From the NCBI RefSeq assembly GCF_000281045.1, contig NW_008246073.1, forward strand, positions 822,213 to 864,198: DNA of 41,986 nucleotides, read 5' to 3'. The translations under genes were made by a program, and so were the position numbers. Shown here piece after piece: positions 10,231 to 20,276 of this stretch. The first letter of the stretch is position 1. Each line of letters begins with the position of its first letter. The notes beneath the pieces were generated by a model, which was given only the letters and a program-made list of their open reading frames with translations, was not told the DNA's origin and did no database searches. Origin of the DNA: Saprolegnia diclina VS20 (taxonomy: Eukaryota).

Positions 10231-13200
10231 TTAGCGAAGAAGACGCACGATGTCGTCCTCAATGTCCTCGAGGTTGTGGCTGTACGAGGCCGGAATCGTG
10301 GTGCACTTGAGCTTGTTGAATTGTTGCGAGAGCTCGGACTGGCATTGTGCAAAGACGTACTCGCGCAACGGCAGAAACTTGGTCACGCGCGGCAACGCCC
10401 ACCCAGGGTACACGTCCTCAAACTCCTTGTACGGTCGGCTTCCGCTCGCGAAATACATGCCGATATCATCGACGACACACGTCGCACAGCTTCGGTACAC
10501 AAGCTCGTGCGAGCGTAACGTATAAACACCAACTAGGCCTTCCGGTTGGTGGTACGTGTCGTGGAGGGCGTCGTGTTTCGTGGATGCATGGCCCATCGCC
10601 TTGGTGCATGGGCAACGGCAACGTGGGCACGGCGCCCCACAGCGTGGCATGATCCCGTCCACCGCGCCGTACGCTTCGTTCTGGATGACGTTCACGACCT
10701 TGTCGGCCATCGTCGAGCTCCATTGCGTCGAGGGGCCCAGATGAGCCGTAAGAGTGGCAAGATGCGTCAAAAGAGCATGCGTGACGTTGAGTCCGTCTTG
10801 GTTGGCCGGAAGCGCAAAAACCGAAGGCCCTTGATCGTCGCAGTTCATGACGTCGCCCGCGACGGCTGGTAAGCTCTCGATGAGCGCGCTCGTGCCACTG
10901 CACTTGAGGCGACACTGAAGCGTGAGGCGCAGCTGGTGGACAAAGCACTCGCTGCGTTTGCTGACGGCGCTGGCAGCAATGGCACTTGCGCTCACAAGGC
11001 TCTCTTCGACATCACGCAAGAGCTTCTTTGCCACGCCAAGGTAGCACTCCTTGACCTTGATCACGACGAGGCGGCTCATGACGTCCTCTGCGTGCTCTTT
11101 GGGGCGATCGATGAGGTCCAGCACCGTACGGACATCCTTCTGGCGCATATGCTGAAGAAGATCTTGGTCCAAGGCAGCTTGCATCGCGTCAGCGGCGCGC
11201 ACCCAGCGAGCGTGCTTGAGCGCCGAGGCCACTGCGCTCACTACCTCTTCTTCAAACGCCTTGGTCAAGTTGAGGCCAAGCCACTCGTTCAGCGTCGTCG
11301 AGAGCAGCTGCGCAGCCTTCTGGCCCTCGCAGACACTGCACGCAAACCGGTGCAAGGTCGGCCGGTACGCCTCAAACTTGGCGACGACACTGTTGGCCTT
11401 GTCCCAACGTTCCTGGCGCTTTTGGAGCTCGTCTTTGAGCGTCGCGACAAGTGCTCGAAGGCCGGCCTTGAGCTCCGGCGGCTTCAACGACTTTGTCGAA
11501 AGCAGACGCTTGACATTCAGCGCACACGTAAGCGCAGCTTCATCCGAGTAGCGGTCAACCTCGGCAAGCAAACTGCGCACGCGATCGCACACCATGTCGA
11601 CCACCTTGTCTTGACGCGACGGCTCGGATTGCTTATCTGAACTCGAGAAAATCATACGTTTGAGCGCAACCGCCCAGCCTTGCTTGTCGTTGTTGTCGTG
11701 GCTGAGGTGCGCGAGCTCGTCCGGCGTAAAGACATGGTTGTCGTAAATGACTGCATGCACGAGCTTGGGGACTTGGCTCGAAAGCGAGGGCATCTTCTTG
11801 GACGCGCGCGTCAAGACTTCATTGAAGATGGTGTCGAACGCCTGCATCGTCGCTTCGGGGCCAAAACGTGCGTTGTGATCGACGATAGTTGCTTGGATCT
11901 CTTCCTTGTACACCTTGGTGATGGCGTCGTACTCAAAGAGGTGCTGGACCTTGGACTGGACAAGGCGCGCCGAGTGCGCCGCTTGGCGCTGCTTCTTGAC
12001 GACCCAACCCTCCAGCATCGTCGTTGCCCACTTGGCAAACGCATCTTGGTTCAGCGACGTCGCGACGACTGCCTCGAGCGTCGCCACGTGCGACTCCACG
12101 TGGTGCTCCAAAAGCGTCTCGTACTTGCGACGGTTGCTCGCGTCGAGCGTCTTCTCAGCCGCGCTGTCGGCGCTCATCGTCTGCAGCACATTGTCAAAGG
12201 CGTCGCTGTAAATCTTGGCGAGCTCTTGCGTGTGCTCTGTCATCATCTGCACAAGCCGATCGTACACGACGCGCTCGTGCGCCGACGCAAAGTCGAGCTC
12301 AAAATTGGCGCTTTGGAGACACGTCCAGACAAGGTCCAAGCTCTCGCTGAGCTCGGAAATCGTGCGTGCCTGCCACTGGCTTTCAATGGCGCGGGTGTGC
12401 ATGTGGTCGCGGAACCGAACGAGGCGCTCGCCAAAGTCGGGCAGCGGCACGTCGTTTGGCGGCGTCGTTTGGCCTTGCGTCATGCCGAGGAATCGGACGT
12501 CGCTGCCTGCCTCGTCGTTCATGTCGGCGCGAAAGTCGCGCAAAAAAGTGGCCGTCTCGGTCTGCCGCACGGCCGCAATCTGCTTGGCGCTGCTGCGAAG
12601 ACTGTCGAGGAGCGCCCGGAGACTCGACGCCATGTTGCTCGTCTGCGACACGTCAATCTGGTTGAACGCAAAGTAGAGCTTGGACATAAGATGACCGCCC
12701 GAAGCCGCCGCCAGCTCCGAGTTGGCAAACACCGAGAGCACGATCGGCAGCACGTCGTTAATCGTGTTGGTCGCTTCGCCTTTCGTCAAGATGATGGTCG
12801 CGTCCGCCGGCAAGATGGCCACCGACGCCATGCGGTTGTCGCGCCAGACCGTGCCTTCCACACCAACGTACTCGGGCGACTGGATGCCTTCCGTGTCGAG
12901 GAGCAAGACGTAGTCATAGTCGTCGCAGTTGTTGCAAGCGAGCAGCTGGAGGTTCACACCGCGCGTGCACCGCGCAACGCTCGTCCGAAGGCGAACACCG
13001 AACATCGAGTTGAGCAGCGTCGACTTGCCCGAGGACTGGACGCCCATGACCGAGAGCACAAAGACGCGAGCGCCTGTCGGCAGCGTATCGTCCAGAGAGC
13101 GCAACACGGCGCGGATCCACTTGTCGTTGACCATGCCGGCGTCGCCGTCCATGAGCTCGAGCGGGAAGCCGTCGAGAAGATGCTGCACGGCGAGCTGCGG

Positions 13201-16200
13201 TAATATCGCGTACACTTCTTGGTTAGCCGTATAGATGTGCGAGAGCTCGCGCCAGAGATGCTCGAGGCCCGTGACCATGTTGCTCCACTTTTCGAGAGCC
13301 GACGCATACGCCGAGCGCGTCGCCTCGTTGTCGACTTCGCTGCAGGCGGCAAAGGCTTGGCCACACTCTGCCTGCGCCGTCGCGGCCACGGCGTTGCAGC
13401 ACTCGGCGAGCCGACGTTCAAGGTCAATGACAAGCATCTCGCGCACTACCGCTGACGGATGCTCAAGAATCCGCTGAAAGTAGACGAGCAACAGAGCACG
13501 AGCGACGTTGCGAAAGAGCTTCTTGTGCTCAGCTTCGCTTCTCTGGATCTTCTGCCGCAGCACTTCTTGGCTAGGCGGGTTTGTCTCGCGCTGGAGTTCG
13601 ATGCGCAGCGCCGACTCGTACGCAAAGCGCTGCTGGAGCTGCAGAACGTCCGTGCGGAGCGTCGCAAAGTCCGTCGCCGCCAAAATGTTCTCAGTGTGTT
13701 GCGGCAAGCGAGAGTCCGACTTTACGTCGTATGGCAGCGGCAGATTGTCGACGGTACATCGCGTCGGCGGCGTCTCGCCCTCGTCGTCCTCGAGGATGTA
13801 CGCGGTGATGCGCTCGTACGAAGAGCTCATGGGACTCGCGAGCCCCACTGTCAGAACCTTGCCATCGTCGCCGAGAACTTGGTCGTCTTCGTCGTCTTCT
13901 GCGAGGCGCCAGTGCAACACCGTGCCTTGGGGCAGCGTCATCCGCGCTGGCGCAGCCCCCGTGTCGATCACCAACACGTCGGCAAACTGCCCAATGAACG
14001 ACTCCAAGAGCGTGTAGTCGCCAATGACGTGCAGCACCATGACCGTAGTGTACACGGTGTTCTCTTCGACAAAGCCCCAGCCGAGCTCGGCAACGACCGG
14101 GAGGTTCGTGACGTTGTTGCCGTTGGTGCGGTCGAGACAGTGCACCGAGTCGACGTGAAAGACGTTCTTGATCCAGTCTTTGGTCGCGCTGCTTCTTGTT
14201 GCGCGCTCCGAGACGACTGCAACGCGCTTGACAGACGTCTCGCGCATGAGCGACGCCTTGCCTCGCAAGAGGAGCGTCTCGACGAGGCTCAATGCGCTCG
14301 CTTCCGACCGAAAGCCAAAGTCGCTCGACGGCACGAGAAACGGCACGAGGCAGCGCCGGTCAAGAAGGAGACGGTACACCTCGGCGCGCGCCGTCGGCGT
14401 CAGCGAGTCCACCAGCGTCAAGAGCGCGTCAAACACAGCGGGGCCTTGCGGTGCTTCGTCTCGCGCGGACGCGCGACGCGCGACACGCTTGCCCTTGGCA
14501 CCCGAGGCAGAGCTGTAAAGCTCCTTGACGAGGCTCAGACGGTGCTTGAGCGTGTACCAAATGAGCCCGGGGAGGTCCGTCGTCTTGTCGGGCTTGGAGA
14601 CGACCGTCAAGAGGTGGCTCATCGGGTGTTGACTCGTGTTTTGCCCATGATTACCAGCAACGGGTGCGTGTTGATCGGCGCTTGGTACAAGTGACGGATG
14701 CACGACCGCCTCATCGTCCGAGCTGTCGGCGGCCGCCTTTGCTCCGTTGTCAAGCGCTTCTAGCATCGCTTCGGCCATCATTTGTATGTGTTCTTGGTTG
14801 AGATTTGTCTCAAAGCCGCCCTCCCGACAGCCATACCGATGGGCGACGCCCCAAAGTGCTGCGAGCGTGGGAGTCGATGCTGCTGCGAGGCTGGCAAGGA
14901 GGAGCTCTCCGATGCGATGGGTGAGAAGCGACCAGTCGGGCATCGACGAGGCACGGAAGGCATTGAGGACAATTCTCACGGCGATGGGGACATCGCGCAC
15001 GTCCAGATGCGGCACGTTCCACTCAAAAATGGATGTCGTCAACTTGCCCGCTATGGTTTCGAGTTGCGCCAGCTGCGCAGCACGTTTCAGCGCCCCAAGC
15101 AACGTCACGTCGAACGCAGTGGCCATCTGCATGAGCAGCACATCAAGGACGTGGTGGTACATGACGCCAAGCTCGACCATCGCCATAATATCGTTGCGCG
15201 CGACGAGCCGGCGCAAAGCGTCGTGCATGCGCTGGTCACGGAGGCAGTCGAGCGTCAGCGTCAAGGCAAAGGTCGAGTCCAAGCGAAGCGCGAGCAAGAA
15301 GATGTCCACCACCGCACTGGCTTCAACATTGGCTTGGGCTAAAGCGTCGAGCTGCGCGTTTGTCGTCCGGACAGCATCGTCGGCGCTGGCGATAGGCATG
15401 TGCTTGGCATCGGTGCCGAACGCAGGGTTGTGCAGCCACATGTCGACGTACACATCACGCACGGCGGCGACAACGTCCGCGCTTGCTTCACGCGTCGACT
15501 CGACAAGTTCCAGCCACGCTCGACGCACGAGTGGCGAGGCGCGCTCGAGACCAGCATGTGCAAGGAGGTCCCAGACACCGACCCGCTTCGCCGGGCGGTC
15601 AATGACGTGCCATGTCGAGCGATCAGCGACCAGCCATTGCTGGAAGATCGGATAGCTGGCCGCGTCGGGGCCCGTGCACTCGATGCGTGTCGTGATTTCA
15701 CACGGCGTCTTGGCCGCGTCAAAGAGCGTGCTTTCGATCGTGTCGAGCCCACGCTGAAACGTGAAGTCGCTGTAGCTGATAGAGAGGTCGCGGGTCGCCG
15801 GATTCGGGCAAGCGGCCTTCATGGAATGAACGGCCGCTTCCGACGTCGCCTTGACATGCACAGTCTTCCACAAGATGCCACCGACGTGAAAGACGCCAAC
15901 ATGCACGTGCGACCCATAGTCGCACAGAAAGTCCATGGCGGCCTCGACGCTCGTCACATCTCTGGCGTCAGCAAGCGCTTTCTCCGAGAGCGCGATCGTG
16001 GTCACGTCCAAGCAAAACGACTTCATCGGGACGAACGCGTACGTCACATGCGCAACGGACGAGCAGCGCGGAGGAAGCGTGTCACCGAGATACGCCTTGG
16101 AGTCGACGACCGCTGTTCGGCCCGACTCGGCTATTGCCGCTCGAAAAGAGGTGACAGCGGTCACATCGTTAAACCATGCGTCTCGGATTTCCGTGCCGAG

Positions 16201-16620
16201 GACAGGTGCGTCCAGTTGGCATTTGGTTGGTGGCTGCAAGATCGCTGTCTCGACGCCCTTGGCGGGGCTTGCAAACCCAAAGCAATGACCGACAAGCGCC
16301 GACCCACTGCTCGCCCGGGCCACGACTTGGTCGTCCGTCAGCGCGGGGGGCATGTTCGACAGCGCGAAGCTCGTCTGCGTGAGCATCTTGTCGAGGATGC
16401 GGAGGCGTGTGAGCAGCGTCGTCGCATCGCCGAGCTTCTTCGCGTCCACGATCCATTGCACGAGACCCATGGCCTTGACCGGCGCGTTGAAGCGGGAAGC
16501 CGCGAGGGCGATCTCGTCCTGGTCGTCGGCGCGGATAGCAGCCTGGAGGTGGGAGGAAGCGTCGACCGCGTCCCCCAAGGTCTCCTTGAGGCCGACGTCT
16601 ACCTTGGGCGGGGTCGTCAT
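10231..16620 (-). CDS. GVIN1/VLIG-type very large GTPase with an N-terminal MACPF-like domain (copy B, 2129 aa, single ORF)
   Basis: G1 VLSVMGVQSSGKSTLLNSMFG (P-loop 13021-13044), G2 RCTRG, G3 LLLDTEG, preceded by GFPLELMDGDA typical of VLIG/URGCP. MACPF-like signature DYGSHVHVGVFHVGG (15877-15918). C-terminal CxxxCPxCxCxC..H..H..H module. Confidence 0.92.
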   Translation of the reverse strand: MTTPPKVDVGLKETLGDAVDASSHLQAAIRADDQDEIALAASRFNAPVKAMGLVQWIVDAKKLGDATTLLTRLRILDKMLTQTSFALSNMPPALTDDQVVARASSGSALVGHCFGFASPAKGVETAILQPPTKCQLDAPVLGTEIRDAWFNDVTAVTSFRAAIAESGRTAVVDSKAYLGDTLPPRCSSVAHVTYAFVPMKSFCLDVTTIALSEKALADARDVTSVEAAMDFLCDYGSHVHVGVFHVGGILWKTVHVKATSEAAVHSMKAACPNPATRDLSISYSDFTFQRGLDTIESTLFDAAKTPCEITTRIECTGPDAASYPIFQQWLVADRSTWHVIDRPAKRVGVWDLLAHAGLERASPLVRRAWLELVESTREASADVVAAVRDVYVDMWLHNPAFGTDAKHMPIASADDAVRTTNAQLDALAQANVEASAVVDIFLLALRLDSTFALTLTLDCLRDQRMHDALRRLVARNDIMAMVELGVMYHHVLDVLLMQMATAFDVTLLGALKRAAQLAQLETIAGKLTTSIFEWNVPHLDVRDVPIAVRIVLNAFRASSMPDWSLLTHRIGELLLASLAAASTPTLAALWGVAHRYGCREGGFETNLNQEHIQMMAEAMLEALDNGAKAAADSSDDEAVVHPSLVPSADQHAPVAGNHGQNTSQHPMSHLLTVVSKPDKTTDLPGLIWYTLKHRLSLVKELYSSASGAKGKRVARRASARDEAPQGPAVFDALLTLVDSLTPTARAEVYRLLLDRRCLVPFLVPSSDFGFRSEASALSLVETLLLRGKASLMRETSVKRVAVVSERATRSSATKDWIKNVFHVDSVHCLDRTNGNNVTNLPVVAELGWGFVEENTVYTTVMVLHVIGDYTLLESFIGQFADVLVIDTGAAPARMTLPQGTVLHWRLAEDDEDDQVLGDDGKVLTVGLASPMSSSYERITAYILEDDEGETPPTRCTVDNLPLPYDVKSDSRLPQHTENILAATDFATLRTDVLQLQQRFAYESALRIELQRETNPPSQEVLRQKIQRSEAEHKKLFRNVARALLLVYFQRILEHPSAVVREMLVIDLERRLAECCNAVAATAQAECGQAFAACSEVDNEATRSAYASALEKWSNMVTGLEHLWRELSHIYTANQEVYAILPQLAVQHLLDGFPLELMDGDAGMVNDKWIRAVLRSLDDTLPTGARVFVLSVMGVQSSGKSTLLNSMFGVRLRTSVARCTRGVNLQLLACNNCDDYDYVLLLDTEGIQSPEYVGVEGTVWRDNRMASVAILPADATIILTKGEATNTINDVLPIVLSVFANSELAAASGGHLMSKLYFAFNQIDVSQTSNMASSLRALLDSLRSSAKQIAAVRQTETATFLRDFRADMNDEAGSDVRFLGMTQGQTTPPNDVPLPDFGERLVRFRDHMHTRAIESQWQARTISELSESLDLVWTCLQSANFELDFASAHERVVYDRLVQMMTEHTQELAKIYSDAFDNVLQTMSADSAAEKTLDASNRRKYETLLEHHVESHVATLEAVVATSLNQDAFAKWATTMLEGWVVKKQRQAAHSARLVQSKVQHLFEYDAITKVYKEEIQATIVDHNARFGPEATMQAFDTIFNEVLTRASKKMPSLSSQVPKLVHAVIYDNHVFTPDELAHLSHDNNDKQGWAVALKRMIFSSSDKQSEPSRQDKVVDMVCDRVRSLLAEVDRYSDEAALTCALNVKRLLSTKSLKPPELKAGLRALVATLKDELQKRQERWDKANSVVAKFEAYRPTLHRFACSVCEGQKAAQLLSTTLNEWLGLNLTKAFEEEVVSAVASALKHARWVRAADAMQAALDQDLLQHMRQKDVRTVLDLIDRPKEHAEDVMSRLVVIKVKECYLGVAKKLLRDVEESLVSASAIAASAVSKRSECFVHQLRLTLQCRLKCSGTSALIESLPAVAGDVMNCDDQGPSVFALPANQDGLNVTHALLTHLATLTAHLGPSTQWSSTMADKVVNVIQNEAYGAVDGIMPRCGAPCPRCRCPCTKAMGHASTKHDALHDTYHQPEGLVGVYTLRSHELVYRSCATCVVDDIGMYFASGSRPYKEFEDVYPGWALPRVTKFLPLREYVFAQCQSELSQQFNKLKCTTIPASYSHNLEDIEDDIVRLLR
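12018..14633 (-). repeat. Left arm of a ~2.6-kb near-identical inverted repeat (core of copy B)
   Basis: The reverse complement matches 20277-22921 with only scattered substitutions, starting abruptly at GTCAACACCCGATGAGCCACC. Confidence 0.9.
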
Positions 16621-16699
16621 CTCGTCGTACCCTGTCCTGCTGGAGGGAAGTATCGGAAATGAGGAGCAAATACAAACTTCAAGCTCTTCTGCCCTTTGA

Positions 16700-16742
16700 C
16701 TTCGAACTACGGAATGGCCATGCTGTCAACTTCGAAATTCGA
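16700..16742 (-). promoter_or_regulatory. Upstream motif pair shared with copy C (TCGAAnTTCGAAG ... CGTAGTTCGAAG)
   Basis: The minus strand reads TCGAATTTCGAAG (16730-16742) and CGTAGTTCGAAG (16700-16711), 80 bp before the ATG; the same motifs precede copy C. Confidence 0.55.
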
Positions 16743-17127
16743 GTTCAGGCCAGTCAAGATCGGCCTGTCAATGACGACGGGCCGAGTCGCAAACAAGCTG
16801 TGCACGAAAATACATCCGCAAGCGCAGACATGCAGTAGTACACGCTGTGGTGCGGCAACATGCTTCTCTTCCTTCGACGTGTGTCCCTGGGAAGGTTGGC
16901 CATCTTGAACCTCCTACCTGTACTGTTTGACTTGACATTTAGTATCAAGTCGAGCAACAAGCGAGGCTGTGGCTGATCAGCTTGCCCAATCGTGTTGCTG
17001 GTAGCATCATGGGCAGACTGTTGATCGATCAACTTGGTCGCCATGGATTTGTTATTTCAATACAACGCAGTGAGCCTTCTACAGCGTGGCCAGCGGTAAC
17101 ACCCGCATTACTCGTACAACTAGGGTT

Positions 17128-17490
17128 AACCTCGTGTTTTCTTGGGGCAGGTTTTGGTCGAGCTCTTTGGTTGAGGTTTTGCATTGGGGTAGCGTGCAAT
17201 CTAGCGTGTTCTACGTGTGACGTAGTTTGGACTCGGTGGACGGAATCATGTGCATTGAAGTTCAACGTACCCTGCCCCAAACCTCGGGTTTTCTTGGGAC
17301 AGGGTGTGGTTGGGCTTTGTGGTTGAGGTGGGGCATAGGGTCGGTGGGCTATCTAGCGGTCTTTATGCGTAGCATACGCAGTGCTTTGATCCATGTCGAA
17401 GGTTTGTGCAGGTGTGCTGTCGCGCTTTTTGATTTCAGTTTGGTATCGGGGCTAGCGGTATGTCTGTGTCGTAGCTTGGACTGCGTGGAT
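17128..17490. repeat. Degenerate G/T-rich direct repeats in the spacer between copies B and C
   Basis: An ungapped ~79-bp imperfect repeat starts at 17128 (AACCTCGTGTTTTCTTGGGGCAGG..) and 17280 (AACCTCGGGTTTTCTTGGGACAGG..), period 152. A partial further repeat CTAGCG..GTAG(T/C)TTGGACT..GTGGA occurs at ~17201 and ~17452. Confidence 0.7.
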
Positions 17491-18200
17491 GCACTCCACC
17501 CTTACGGGCTCTTGTACTATGCACGTCCAACGCACCTTTCATAATGCAAACACGCATTCACATGGCTAATGTGTGATGGACCCGTGCGACGGACGCGACC
17601 TTCGGTTCGTTGCGGTGCCCAGCGGACCGCTACCGGCGTTCAGCCGGAAACTACACTGCGGTGCAACCTCCCGTGCTATCGCAGCAGGCCCCAACGATAC
17701 CAAATGCACTCACTACGCTCGCGCATGGCATATGCCACTACTGTACCGCGCTTCGCGCAAAAAGTCGTCATTCAATTAAAATATAGAATCTTTGCCGTTC
17801 CAACTGCATTTTGATTGGCGCAGCATCGGAAATGATAATCTGTTTCGCGCCAAACTGCCGAGATGACCAAGAGCATACAAAAATTATATATCCCTGCCAC
17901 GACCATTCCCAGCATCAACATGAACGCGCTGCCGCTTGGGCTTTTTTCCCGACCAAGACACCCCGCTCCAAATCGCCCAACGTCTTTTTGCCCAACTTGC
18001 TGCTCACTTAACATTGCTCGCTTGGTCAAGCACTCTGTTGAGGTACACTGCAACGTCCTGTCAAGGAGCAATATACTGAAGACCAGTTTCTGGAGCCCGT
18101 TGATCGCCCCTTTTCGTATTGACGCGCCTGGTCGTCATTCGAGAGTATTTTTGCTTTCTCCGTGTCCACTCCTCTCATGCTTGCAGAGAGAGGGTGTATG

Positions 18201-18271
18201 TCGAAGTTCGAAGAGGGCCTTATCGTAGTTCGAAGCCGAAGGTTGCGCGATTTGGTCGCATTCGCATATTT
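18201..18271 (+). promoter_or_regulatory. Shared upstream motif pair plus an Inr/FPR-like core promoter of copy C
   Basis: TCGAAGTTCGAAG (18201-18213), CGTAGTTCGAAG (18224-18235) and TCGCATTCGCATATTT (18256-18271), which resembles the oomycete GCTCATTYBNNNWTTY core element. Confidence 0.5.
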
Positions 18272-20276
18272 CCGAGTCGCAGGTAGAAGCAGGAAGACGA
18301 CGCGCGCCTCCATGCTGGTAGACGCTGACCTCATGGAGACCTTGAAGGAGGCGATCCAGGCCTCCCGTGACCTTCAAGCCGCCATCCGCGTGGCCGACAA
18401 GGACATGATCCTCCTCGCGGCGTCCCGCTACAACGCGCCGGTCAAAGCTATGGGTCTCGCAGTGGATCGTCGGCGAGAGAAAGATTGGCAACCCCTCAAC
18501 CTTGCTCGACCGCCTCGAAGTTCTCGATAACATCCTCCTACAGACGAGCGTGGCCATGTCCTCCATCGACACTGCGTCGACTGACGACCAGGTCGTAGCA
18601 TGTGCCAGTGGTGGCGCAGCGCTCCTTGGCCATTGCTTTGGCTTTTCAGGGCCCGCGAGCATCGAGACGGCAGTCTTGCAGCCGCCGACCACGTGCAAGC
18701 TTCAAGCGCCAACGTGCAGCACCGATATCACTCACGCCTGGTTCGAGAACGCGTTTGAGGCAGCAAATTTCCGCAAGGCGATGGCGGCCCACGGTCGGAC
18801 GGCGGTCTCTGGCGCGCGAGAGCAGTCGTTGCCCGCGTCGAGCGCATCGATCGCGTGCTCGTCGTACGCATACGTGCCGATGAAGTCATTTTGCTTGGAC
18901 GCGCCAGCGATGGCGCTCGCAGAGAAGGCGCTCGCGGATGCCAGTGACTTGACGACCGTTGAAGCGGCCAAGTGCTTTCTCTGCGACTATGGCTCACATG
19001 TGTTTTGCGGTGTCTTCCACGTCGGCGGCGTTTTTTGGAAGACAGTCGAGGTCGAAGCGCGGGCCGATGTGGCGATCGGTACGCTGGCCAGCGCTTTCCC
19101 CGACCCAACGGCGCGCGACCTCTCGATCAATTACAGCAGCTTTGCGTATGGCTCGGGCATTGACACGCGCCAAACCTCGCTGCTGGACGACAAGAAGACG
19201 TCGTGCGAGATCACGACGCGCATCGAGTGCGATGGCCCCGACGCGGCCAGCTACGCGACCTTCCAGCAGCGTCTGCTCGCGGATAGCTCGACATGGCGCG
19301 TGATTGACCGCCCGACCGCGCGCGTCGGTGTCTGGGATCTGCTTGACGCTGCGGGTTTCGAGACCGCGGCCAACCTCGTGCGGAACGCGTGGCTGGAGCT
19401 TGTCGCCTCCAGTCGGGTGTTGGCGCCGGACGTTGCGGCCGCCGTGCGCAATGTCTACGTCGATATGTGGCAGCGCAACCCTACGTTTGGGAGCGACGCC
19501 AAGAACCAAAACGTCGCCAGCGCCGACGAAGCGACCGTCGCGGTCCAGCAGCAGCTGTGTGTGGTTGCGCAGGCCAATGTCGACGGCCGGGCTCTTGTCG
19601 ACGTGGTCTTGCTTGCACTGCGCTTCGGCGCGGCCTTTGGCTTGACTCTGGCAGCCGACTGTTTCCGTGACGAGAGACTCGTCGTCGCCTTGCGCCGTCT
19701 CGTTGCAACAAATGACACCGCGGCGATGCTGCAGCTCGGTGCCATGTACCAGCACGTCCTTGGCGCCCTGGTTTCGCAAGAAGGCCTCCACTTGGACCCG
19801 ATAGTGCAGGAGGCTCTGCAGCGTGCGGCGCAGCTCGCAGCACTCGAGCACGAGGCAAGCAAGCTCACGGATACCGTGTATCCATGGGACGTGCCGCGTC
19901 TCGACGGTCCGCGACCTGCCATGGGCCATCCAGATCATTCTCGCTGCATTTCAGGCCACGCCATTGCTCCATTATGGGCTTTTGACGACGCGCATCAGTG
20001 ACCTTCTCATCGCCAACCTCTCGGAAGCACAAGGCTGCTCGGCTGAGCTTTGGGCCATCGCACAACGGTTCGACTGCCACGATGACGGCTTCACCACCAA
20101 TCTCAACCCCGAGCATGTGCAGATGATGGCTGATACAATGTTGGCAGCGTTGAATCGCGATGCAGCAGCGGCAACCGAGAGCTCGGACGACGAAGCCCCG
20201 ATGCCACCCGCCATGTTTGCTCCCATGATAGACGAGCGCACTTCCGCAGCCGAGGAGCAACATCTGTCAAGTGCGC

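Noticed and set aside
11680..16662. Long plus-strand ORFs (507, 411, 302 and 420 aa) opposite copy B, and similar antisense ORFs over copy C, the kinases and the MYB gene
   Set aside because: These are shadow ORFs caused by high GC3 codon bias; they are rich in V/L/R/H and contain no recognisable motifs.
16700..16742. Heat-shock element interpretation of the GAA/TTC motifs
   Set aside because: The spacing (TTCGAA, GAAnTTC) does not match the canonical nGAAn inverted pentamer array.
17128..17360. CRISPR-like or coding-repeat interpretation of the spacer repeats
   Set aside because: There are only two degenerate long units, the period of 152 is not a multiple of 3, the context is eukaryotic, and no cas genes are present.
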